64,000 bases of DNA from an uncultured bacterium. Its GTDB lineage: Bacteria > Patescibacteriota > Minisyncoccia > Phycocordibacterales > DATDWN01. The stretch is from assembly GCA_963727715.1 (NCBI GenBank), contig CAVSGX010000004.1, forward strand, positions 8,455 to 72,454, read 5' to 3'. The notes under the pieces are model-generated. The model had not been told where the DNA came from, made no database searches, and was given only the letters and a program-made list of their open reading frames with translations. Positions 40,671 through 48,263 of this stretch are shown here, one piece after another. A program made the translations under genes and the position numbers. Position 1 is the first letter of the stretch. Every line of letters starts with the position of its first letter.

Positions 40671-41660
40671 TCACAAGAACGAGCGGGAGAGGCGACCACC
40701 CAGAGGCGGATTGGAAATGGACGGATCATTGGCAACGACATTGAGCTGGGAACCGTCGGGGTACCAATGGGCGCAGACGACACGAAAGGAAGATGGGGCG
40801 GTTTTGTCAGGGTTTGGCACTTTAGACCCGGGCAAAGCGGTCCAGTAGTATAGACCATCTTTCTCGTTTTTGGTGTCTATGTGCTTGCCTGTTTGTTCAA
40901 AGATTTTTCTTTGCAGGATGAGATAATCGGACAGAGTTAGAGATTGGTTCGGAGGCAAGGAGAGAAAGGTTTCAATCTTTTTGTTCAGAGTTTGTTTAAG
41001 CTCTGATTGTTGCCAGAGTTCTTGACTGTGGACTAGAACGATTCTTCTTTTTTTGTCTTCTATTACTCCTTCAAACCCGCCACCCGAGTTGAAATTGCTT
41101 CCGGTGTATGTTTCGTTGTATCCTTCCGACATTTTAGCGTTTAGGTCTGTCAGGTTTGGCAGAGTTTCCGGAATGAGCAGGATTGTGTCAAAACCGTGTT
41201 TTTCTATTTCTTCTCTGATTTGGTCAATGTTTCTTTCCCAGATGTTTTTCATCGTCTCGGAGAAGTCTTTCGGTCTGTCTATGGAGTGGGTTGTGTAAAA
41301 GGAAGTAAAGTATTCTATTTCTTTTTCAATATCTATGGTTATGGTTTCTTTCTTTTCTTCAGTGGTTGTTTTGCCGGTTTTTTCGTCTTTTGTCTCTTCG
41401 ATATGTTTGTATTCCACTTCTAGAGTTGTTGAGGATTTGCCTTCTATCTTTCTTTTGAGAGAACGGCATTGGGAGAGTGTTTCTTTGATTTTCAGGCTTA
41501 GTTCTTTCTGTTTCTCTGTATCTCCGCTCTCAATGGCTTTTAGGAGTTTATCTTTCATTTCTTCGGCCTGAGAGAGCAGGCCTTCCATTACGGTCAAGTC
41601 GGCCAGAGCTTGTTCTTTGGTTGGTGGAGAGTTTGGGATTTTGGGAGATTCGTGGGACAT
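40671..41660 (-). CDS. DGR target protein 2 (paralog of target 1)
   Basis: 329 aa. C-terminus VVCAHWYPDGSQLNVVANDPSISNPPLGGRLSRSFL. Confidence 0.85.
   Translation of the reverse strand: MSHESPKIPNSPPTKEQALADLTVMEGLLSQAEEMKDKLLKAIESGDTEKQKELSLKIKETLSQCRSLKRKIEGKSSTTLEVEYKHIEETKDEKTGKTTTEEKKETITIDIEKEIEYFTSFYTTHSIDRPKDFSETMKNIWERNIDQIREEIEKHGFDTILLIPETLPNLTDLNAKMSEGYNETYTGSNFNSGGGFEGVIEDKKRRIVLVHSQELWQQSELKQTLNKKIETFLSLPPNQSLTLSDYLILQRKIFEQTGKHIDTKNEKDGLYYWTALPGSKVPNPDKTAPSSFRVVCAHWYPDGSQLNVVANDPSISNPPLGGRLSRSFL
40674..40781 (-). repeat. DGR variable repeat VR-B
   Basis: Differs from the TR at 9 adenine positions (hand count) plus the same tgt>ggt change. Confidence 0.85.
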
Positions 41661-41672
41661 GGAAGTATTCTA

Positions 41673-42700
41673 TCATGTTATAACAATATCATTCAATATT
41701 GAAGTCAGTTTGTTTTTTAATCCAAATGAATCGCAGTGTTTCAGTAAAGCAAAATAAGACTGAAAATTATTCTTGTTCATTCTTTCAAAAATTTTTTGCT
41801 TGGTTTTATCTCTCAATAAAAGACAATCTGGCAAAGTCAGAGATCCTAGAAAATCTACTCCCCATTTTAATTTTCTGATTGAGATTTTATCATCCGGGAT
41901 TTGCAGAAACAGTTTTGCCATAAATTTTTTAATTTCAACCAAACAAAACCCCAATCTTTTTTTATTTTTATTTACCAAAATAAAATCGTCGTTGTATCTT
42001 ATATAAAATCTGGCGTTTAATTTTTTCTTCACAAAATGGTCAAAATCGTTCAAATAAATGTTGGCGAAAATCTGGCTGGTGATGTTGCCGAGCGGGATGC
42101 TTTTGTCAGAGCCATGAAGCGAGCAAAAACTTTCTACTATTTTCCCCACTTCCAAAAAAATATTTTCATTTTTCACTTTTCTTTTGATAAATTTCAGCAG
42201 TAGGCGGTGGTTGACACTTTCAAAGTATTTTTTGACATCGCATTTTAAAATAAAAACATCCCCATTTTTTCTTTTCGCCAATCCATTGAAATATTGGAGA
42301 GTTTTGACGGCTTTATGCGTTCCTTTTCCGTCTCTGGATGAATAACGGCTTTATGCGTTCCTTTTCCGTCTCTGGATGAATATGAGTCGGCAATAAATGC
42401 CGGCTCAAATAGATTTTTCAAATAATCGGATATTATTTGATGAATAATTCTATCTTTAACTTCAGCTTTGTGAATATTTCTTTTCTTGTTGTCAGTAACA
42501 ATAAAATGCGAATACCCGCCATGGCGGTAAGTTTTGTTTTTCAGATCTCTGTGCAAATCAAAAATATTGTCTTCCAAATGTCTTTCAAAAATCATTACAT
42601 CCATCTTGGAGGACTTTCCCCGCCGAAATTTCCGCCAAGCTGAAAATATATTATCAAGACTGAATAATTCGTTATAATTTTTATGGAACAAGACGCTCAT
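41673..42700 (-). pseudogene. DGR reverse transcriptase, frame broken by a 38-bp tandem duplication
   Basis: Motifs SYSSRDGKGTHKAV, FILKCDVKKYFESVNH, IPLGNITSQIFANIYLN (DGR-type GxxxSQ) and YIRYNDDFILV (YxDD). Deleting one copy of 42307-42344 restores a 329-codon ORF. Confidence 0.85.
42307..42382. repeat. Perfect 38-bp tandem duplication inside the RT gene
   Basis: acggctttatgcgttccttttccgtctctggatgaata occurs twice in a row (42307-42344 and 42345-42382). Confidence 0.9.
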
Positions 42701-42718
42701 AAAATTGAAAAATTGGAA

Positions 42719-43057
42719 ATGCCTATTATGGCCAAACTCTTTATCATTTACGAACTGACGCACAAGCTTATTTTCAAATTGCCGAAATTTGAAAGATACA
42801 CTTTGGGTGAAAAAATTGAAAATATCATCTTGGAAACGATTGAAATAATTGTCATCGCCAATGGGACGAACAAATACGAAAAAGAAAAATATTTGCTCAA
42901 AGCCAATGCCAAAGTGGAAATGCTTAAGTTGCTTTTTCGCATCGTTTTGAACTGCCAAATCATTGATTTCAAAAAATATTTGGAGGCGGAAGGGTTGCTT
43001 CAAGAAATCGGCAAAATGGCGCAAGGTTGGATAAAATACACCAGAAACGCAAAATAG
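42719..43057 (+). CDS. avd: DGR accessory variability determinant (four-helix-bundle, 23S rRNA-IVS-protein family)
   Basis: MPIMAKLFIIYELTHKLIFKLPKFERYTLGEKIENIILETIEIIVIA...LLQEIGKMAQGWIKY matches the Avd/four-helix-bundle pattern. It is on the opposite strand to the RT, TR and targets. The start could be 42683, 42719 or 42728. Confidence 0.7.
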   Translation: MPIMAKLFIIYELTHKLIFKLPKFERYTLGEKIENIILETIEIIVIANGTNKYEKEKYLLKANAKVEMLKLLFRIVLNCQIIDFKKYLEAEGLLQEIGKMAQGWIKYTRNAK

Positions 43058-43070
43058 CTTTTGTATAAAG

Positions 43071-43177
43071 CAAGAACGGCGGGAGAGGCGACAACCCAGA
43101 TTCGGATTGGAATTGGACGGATCATTGGCATTGACATTGAGCTGGGAATTGTCGGGGTTCCAATTGGCGCAGACGAC
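43071..43177 (-). repeat. DGR template repeat (TR)
   Basis: Sense (minus) strand: gtcgtctgcgcc AAT tgg AAC ccc gAc AAT tcc cAg ctc AAT gtc AAT gcc AAT gAt ccg tcc AAT tcc AAT ccg AAT ctgggttgtcgcctctcccgc. It holds 21 adenines, mostly in AAT codons. All three VRs vary at these positions. Confidence 0.9.
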
Positions 43178-43409
43178 TGCGGTCGCCCCTCGATTAGCTT
43201 TGCGTCGTCATTTCCGTTTGGAAACAAGACTCTATTTATTAGGGGCTACTTCCCCCTGACGCAAAACTGCTGTTCTTGTGTTTTATTTCCACAAATCAAC
43301 GACTATTTGGTTTCTAAAATTCAGAAACCATCTTTCGCCGTCAATTAGCGCTTCGGCAAACCAACTCATCACTGATGGCTTACGAGCCGAAGCGGGCGAT
43401 TTTTGCTTC
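43178..43409 (-). other. Structured non-coding spacer between target 3 and the TR (candidate 5' part of the TR RNA)
   Basis: Nested stems: ttgcgtc..gacgcaa, gggg/cccc, tttcc/ggaaa, ggtttct/agaaacc and gcgcttcggc/gccgaagcg. A minus-strand TTGACG-17-AATTTT promoter-like signal is present. Confidence 0.4.
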
Positions 43410-43484
43410 GCAAAAATAAAAAATTCAAAATTCAAAAACAAAAGAAAAAACAAATCGACAAGAGACAAGCTACCTTTTTGGAAA

Positions 43485-45512
43485 TCACAAGAACGAGCGG
43501 GAGAGGCGACAACCCAGATTCGGATAGGAATAGGACGGATCATCGGCACCGACAACGAGCTGGGAATAGCCGGGGTCCCAATGGGCGCAGACGACGCGGA
43601 AACCGCCGGATGGATTTTTGACTGTTGAGCCGGGTAGCCATGTCCAACCGTCTTCATCCAAATGTTTGCCTGTTTGTTCAAAATATTGCTTTTGATACAA
43701 CAAATAATCTGTCAGAGACATTTTTTCACCTTGCGATATAAACTCCTCGGCTTTTTTATTCAGAGTTTTCTTCAGTTCCGAATGGTCTTTCAGATTTTGA
43801 GCGCTGTTTTTATGAATCAAAACGATTCTTCTTTTTTTGTCTTCTATTACTCCTTCAAACCCGCCACCCGAGTCGAAATTGCTTCCGGTGTATGTTTCGT
43901 TGTATCCTTCTGACATTTTTTTATGTATATCGGTTATGGTCAATCCTCCGGGCACAAGCAAAATCTCATCAAAACCATATTTTTCTACTTCTTGTTTTAT
44001 CTCGTCATAATTGTTCACCCATATATCCGCCATTTCTTCCGCAAATGATTCCGTCAATTCAATTTCGTGAGCTTTATAAAAAAGAAGAGAATCCTCAAGT
44101 TTTTTGTCAAAATTTATTTCTATTTTCTCTTTCTTTTCTTTGCCTTTCTCGTCCACGATTTTGTGTTCGGCAGAAACCACCGGTTCAAACGAACTGCCGG
44201 TCAATTCTCTTCTTTTACTTCTGAAAAATTTCTCCAAATCGGCTATTTCATTTTCAATCTTCTCTATCCCGTCCGCCGGACTTTCGGTTTTACCACCTTC
44301 AGGAATTGCCTCAGCAGACGCTTCTTTTTCTTCTTCGTTATTTTTCTTTTTTCTTTTCGTTCCTTTGCGTTTGGAATCTTTGGTTTCTATTTTGACTTCA
44401 ACCAATCGGATGATTTCTTCCAATTTTGTTCTGTCTTCGGCGCTTTCCAGTCTGTTGACATAATAATATTTCAGGGCTTTTTGAAAAGTTTCGCTGATGT
44501 CGCCATTGTAAAAACGCAAAACAAAATTTCTGACCCGCCTCGGCTCTTCGCGGTCGTCATAGGTGAAAACTTGTGGTTGATCTTCGGCGATTTGCCTGTT
44601 TTTCAAAAGTTCTTTGGCGGTTTTGTGAAATTCCTTGTATTTTTCCAAAATTTCGGCAATGCCTGGAATTTCCGAAAGTTGTTCCTGCGTCAAACCACCG
44701 GCGCCGGATAAAAACATATCATCAGGCAATTCGGCGGTTTTCTTTTCCAAACCGTTCTCTAAACCAAACAATGCACCAGTCGCTTGCTTAAAGGTCTCTT
44801 CCGGTAATTCATTTGGCATTTTTTTATAAACCCATCTGCGAAGCTGAGCTGGATCAAGTGGCTTTCTATCCAAATAACCGGCTCCCGGAGGATTCATAAA
44901 AGCGATGATTTTGGTTTTTTGTTTAGAAACTTTAACTGTTTCCGAAGCGTCTTCTGACAAAATGACATCGCTATCACGCTCCAGAGAATCCAAAACTTCA
45001 TGCAAACGAATCAAAATGTTCGGCGCCGATGAGTTGAATTCGTCCAAAACAATAATTTTGACTTTACCGTCTTCCTGTCGTAAACCGCTAGTTACTTTTC
45101 CGTCGGCGAAAATGTATTCCGGGTCTTCCGCATTATTTTTACGAGGATTTGGTATATATCGGCCCATCAAATCCTCCACATCCGTGGCACCGTTTAAGTT
45201 TATGTAATGAACTTCGTAGCCGAGCTCACTGGCCATTTTTCGCACCGTGGTGGTCTTACCAAAAGATGTTCCGCTTTCCACGGCAATAGGGTCGCCCATG
45301 GAAAACGACACGGCGATGTCACGTTGCAGTGGCAGAGCCACTTCGGTATCATTGGTGTAGTCCTTGTAATTTTCTCTTCTTGGCACAAATTGGCCATTTC
45401 TGTTTTTAGCTTTTTCCAGAGTAACACCCATATAAGAAACACTCCCGTCAGTTTCCATTATCGGCTCCAGTTTTGCTTCCGGATTGTTAAATTGTCCTTC
45501 TGGTGTTTTCAT
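43485..45512 (-). CDS. DGR target protein 3: AAA+ (MoxR/AAA_5-like) ATPase fused to the target C-terminal module
   Basis: 675 aa. GTSFGKTTTV Walker A, IIVLDEFNS Walker B. The C-terminal 230 aa or so is homologous to targets 1/2 (KMSEGYNETYTGSNF.SGGGFEGVIEDKKRRIVL). It ends VVCAHWDPGYSQLVVGADDPSYSYPNLGCRLSRSFL. Confidence 0.85.
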   Translation of the reverse strand: MKTPEGQFNNPEAKLEPIMETDGSVSYMGVTLEKAKNRNGQFVPRRENYKDYTNDTEVALPLQRDIAVSFSMGDPIAVESGTSFGKTTTVRKMASELGYEVHYINLNGATDVEDLMGRYIPNPRKNNAEDPEYIFADGKVTSGLRQEDGKVKIIVLDEFNSSAPNILIRLHEVLDSLERDSDVILSEDASETVKVSKQKTKIIAFMNPPGAGYLDRKPLDPAQLRRWVYKKMPNELPEETFKQATGALFGLENGLEKKTAELPDDMFLSGAGGLTQEQLSEIPGIAEILEKYKEFHKTAKELLKNRQIAEDQPQVFTYDDREEPRRVRNFVLRFYNGDISETFQKALKYYYVNRLESAEDRTKLEEIIRLVEVKIETKDSKRKGTKRKKKNNEEEKEASAEAIPEGGKTESPADGIEKIENEIADLEKFFRSKRRELTGSSFEPVVSAEHKIVDEKGKEKKEKIEINFDKKLEDSLLFYKAHEIELTESFAEEMADIWVNNYDEIKQEVEKYGFDEILLVPGGLTITDIHKKMSEGYNETYTGSNFDSGGGFEGVIEDKKRRIVLIHKNSAQNLKDHSELKKTLNKKAEEFISQGEKMSLTDYLLYQKQYFEQTGKHLDEDGWTWLPGSTVKNPSGGFRVVCAHWDPGYSQLVVGADDPSYSYPNLGCRLSRSFL
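43488..43595 (-). repeat. DGR variable repeat VR-C
   Basis: Differs from the TR at 11 positions, all TR adenines (hand count). Confidence 0.9.
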
Positions 45513-45515
45513 ATT

Positions 45516-45917
45516 TTATGAACGATAAACCGGCCCAACTTTGTCTATAATTTCAAAACTTCTTTCTTTCAATTTCGCCAAAACGCTTTCCGTAGCGACC
45601 AAAACCAAAACCTGACTTTGATAATCAGGTGAAAAAACTTTTGATTCATTTTTTTCTTTATCAAAAATCTCAACTTGACCTGTCGGATACTGCGCGACAA
45701 AATCATATAAGTCCTTCGGTAGATTTTCGTCCAAAACCAGATACATTTTTTGAAAACCAAAAAAATCAAAAACATTTTTTGATGTTTGAAATCCACTATC
45801 TTCAAAAAACTTGATAAAACCACCCATCTCGCTTTCATCCCGCGCCAAAACAAGTCCGACATCTTTTTGTCCTTTCAAGATATCCAGAAACTCATGCAGA
45901 CCTTCGTTTTTGTTCAT
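45516..45917 (-). CDS. Hypothetical protein between the vWA and AAA genes
   Basis: 133 aa, no recognisable motif. Tight spacing (stop at 45516, next start at 45512) suggests an operon. Confidence 0.5.
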   Translation of the reverse strand: MNKNEGLHEFLDILKGQKDVGLVLARDESEMGGFIKFFEDSGFQTSKNVFDFFGFQKMYLVLDENLPKDLYDFVAQYPTGQVEIFDKEKNESKVFSPDYQSQVLVLVATESVLAKLKERSFEIIDKVGPVYRS

Positions 45918-45956
45918 AGTTGTATTCTAACACTAACCGGAAAATTATCAAATTTT

Positions 45957-48242
45957 TCAACCAACAACTTCTTTCTCAAGTATTTCTGATATATCTTTTA
46001 TTATTTTGTCCACTTTTATATTATCGGATTTTAGCGGGTAATAAATAAGCTTTACACCGCCGGCTTTTTCGATTTTGCCTTTAATTTTTTGAAAATCATA
46101 TTTTGAGCCGGGATGTTTAGTGGATTCAGCTGGTCTGTCATCCGAAAAAACAATCATTATTTTGTTGTCTGTTTTTTGTTTTGCAAGTCTTGCCGAAGCG
46201 GTTTCCATAGCCCAACCAATGTCGGTTTCATTATGCTCATTTCCGCAATTTTTGCAACAACTATCTTCAACCTCTTTAAACATTCCTCCCATGTGTTCCC
46301 TGATTTTTTTTGACATTGGCTCTCCAAATTTTTGATACTCGTATATATCATCATTAAAACCGTTAATTTCAACGTTCAATCCTAGTTTGTTTAATGCTTC
46401 AGCCAGCACAACTTTTGCTTTGAAATCTTCTTCAATTTTTTTACGCATAGAACCAGATAAATCGTTTAGAATGGAAATTGAATATTCTTTTTCATCTGGT
46501 TTTTCTCTTTTTTGCCAAGCGTTGCTTTCTATTGGCGAAATGCGTCTGGCTTTTTCCTGAATCCTTGTTTTTATATCAATTCTTTTGCCTATTCTAAAGC
46601 CCTTTTTCCATCTTGTGGTTTGGGTGTCAACAAATATCTGTCTTAGTTTATTTTCCAATTCATCAATCAGCGACGAAACTTCTCGTCGGTGCTTTTCATA
46701 AATATTTTCGTCTTTATTGACTTCTCTTTTTAATCTTTCTTTGTATATTCTCAATCCTTCCAAATCAAGAGGTTCTTTTCTTAAAGTTCCGGTTCTGACC
46801 GGAGCGCCGCCTTGATTTTGATTGTTTATTTCAACCCCTGGCAAATTTTCCGGCGGTTCTGGATTTTTTCTTTCTGCTTTTTCCTCCGGATTTTCAGTCA
46901 ATTTGCCTTCCATTTCTTCGTTTAGTTTGTCTTCAAATTCCTTCAGCGCTTTTTCGGCTCTGTCGGCCAGCTCTTTTTTCACATCTTCCGGAAGCGAGTC
47001 GACATAATCCCTTATTTTTTGTTTTATTTCGTCGGAAAGGTCGTTCAGGTTTATTGTCCTCGCACCGATATCGTCTAGCGTCTGTGGTTGTTCATTGCCG
47101 GTGTTGTCTTCGTGTGGAGTCGGCTTGTTTGTGATTTTATCTTCTCCCTGCCCACCTGTTGACATTGGTTTGATTTTTTCTTTCTCTTTTTTTGCTTCAT
47201 CAATAGCTTTGTCAATAGCATTTTCCAACGTTTTCTTTTCTTCTTCGGTTAATTTGTCTTCCAAATCTTTTGGCAGTTTTGATTTTTTTTCATTTTTTTT
47301 ATCTTCACTTTCTCCTTCCTGATTTCCGTTATCTTTTTGTCCATCACCACCTTCCTTCCCATTTTCTCTTTCTTGCTCTTTTTTCATTTCTTCCATCATC
47401 TTTTTCATCACATCTTTCAACACTTCTTCCATTTTCTCATCCTCTTTATCTGCTTCAACCAGTTTTTTAAATTCTGGCCAAATTTCTTCCAGATTTATTT
47501 CATACGACACTTTGGCGTATTCTTTTATTTTTTCTTCACTTTCATCCGCTTCCTCTCGCGACGGATATCGCCACCAAGAATCCTGAGCTGATTTCAGTGT
47601 GGCTAAAACAACAGCTTTGACTTCTTCGGGCAAATCTTCCGAAATTTCAAAATTCTGTCCCTGTTTTTCACGAAACCATTGTCTAATATATTCATACCCC
47701 GCTTGCACAAAACGCGGTTGGAAACCCAGTTTTTCGGTAGCTTCTTTCTTTTCTTTTTCTCTTTTGGCAAAAAAATCATCCCAAGCAAATTTTATATTTT
47801 CATCGTATTTCGGATAACTCTCGGAAACAAAGTTGTCGTTTCTGGGATCTTCAATGAAATTCATCATAGCTGAAAAGCCCGGTTGTCGCCATGTTTCAAT
47901 CGGAATAAAATCTGTTCTGGAAACTCGTCTATGTCCTCCTTCGTGACAAATTAAATATCTCAATAATTCAATTGGCTCCGTCAGCAGAGTTTTCGGGTCA
48001 ACTCTGATGACATTTTTTTGAAAATCCCAATGCCAGCCAGCGCCTGGTTGGTTTAGTTCTATCGGCATCTCAAAATCTTTGCCAATAAAATAAGCCAGAG
48101 ATGACAAAATATTTTTCTTGCGCAGAATTTCTTTTTGTTCTTCTTCGTTAAATCGCTTCAAGATTTCCTCTTCTGGATTTTGCCGGAGAGAATCGTAGGT
48201 TTGTTCGTTTTGATTGAATTTTGGTCCTTCCATAATTTGCAA
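45957..48242 (-). CDS. vWA-domain protein with N-terminal HExxH metallopeptidase-like domain (DUF2201-like MoxR partner)
   Basis: 761 aa. LICHEGGHRR (HExxH), a long E/K-rich linker, and a C-terminal vWA with MIDAS LNDLSGSM and ..IMIVFSDD. Confidence 0.7.
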   Translation of the reverse strand: MQIMEGPKFNQNEQTYDSLRQNPEEEILKRFNEEEQKEILRKKNILSSLAYFIGKDFEMPIELNQPGAGWHWDFQKNVIRVDPKTLLTEPIELLRYLICHEGGHRRVSRTDFIPIETWRQPGFSAMMNFIEDPRNDNFVSESYPKYDENIKFAWDDFFAKREKEKKEATEKLGFQPRFVQAGYEYIRQWFREKQGQNFEISEDLPEEVKAVVLATLKSAQDSWWRYPSREEADESEEKIKEYAKVSYEINLEEIWPEFKKLVEADKEDEKMEEVLKDVMKKMMEEMKKEQERENGKEGGDGQKDNGNQEGESEDKKNEKKSKLPKDLEDKLTEEEKKTLENAIDKAIDEAKKEKEKIKPMSTGGQGEDKITNKPTPHEDNTGNEQPQTLDDIGARTINLNDLSDEIKQKIRDYVDSLPEDVKKELADRAEKALKEFEDKLNEEMEGKLTENPEEKAERKNPEPPENLPGVEINNQNQGGAPVRTGTLRKEPLDLEGLRIYKERLKREVNKDENIYEKHRREVSSLIDELENKLRQIFVDTQTTRWKKGFRIGKRIDIKTRIQEKARRISPIESNAWQKREKPDEKEYSISILNDLSGSMRKKIEEDFKAKVVLAEALNKLGLNVEINGFNDDIYEYQKFGEPMSKKIREHMGGMFKEVEDSCCKNCGNEHNETDIGWAMETASARLAKQKTDNKIMIVFSDDRPAESTKHPGSKYDFQKIKGKIEKAGGVKLIYYPLKSDNIKVDKIIKDISEILEKEVVG

Positions 48243-48263
48243 GATTATAGCAAATTTTTGGAA

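Noticed and set aside
42701-43024. N-terminal 108 codons of track ORF 42245..43024 (minus strand), extending the RT upstream
   Set aside because: This part is the antisense shadow of the Avd-like gene, is low-complexity (F/Q/N-rich) and precedes the conserved RT N-terminus. The RT start is taken at MSVLFHKNYNELFSLDNIF (42700).
38595-43484. Three identical repeats of about 70 bp with similar spacing, considered as a possible CRISPR array
   Set aside because: There are only three copies, spaced 2.0 and 2.8 kb apart. Each directly follows a target-gene stop codon next to a VR, so this is a DGR flank and not a CRISPR repeat.
43278-43681. Track ORFs 43278..43628 (+), 43283..43681 (-), 43403..43621 (+) and 43000..43227 (-) across the TR/VR-C region; also 38532..38848 and 40479..40858
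   Set aside because: They run through the TR, the VRs and the A/T-rich conserved flank. They are explained by the DGR repeats and the real target-gene frame, and have no independent signals.
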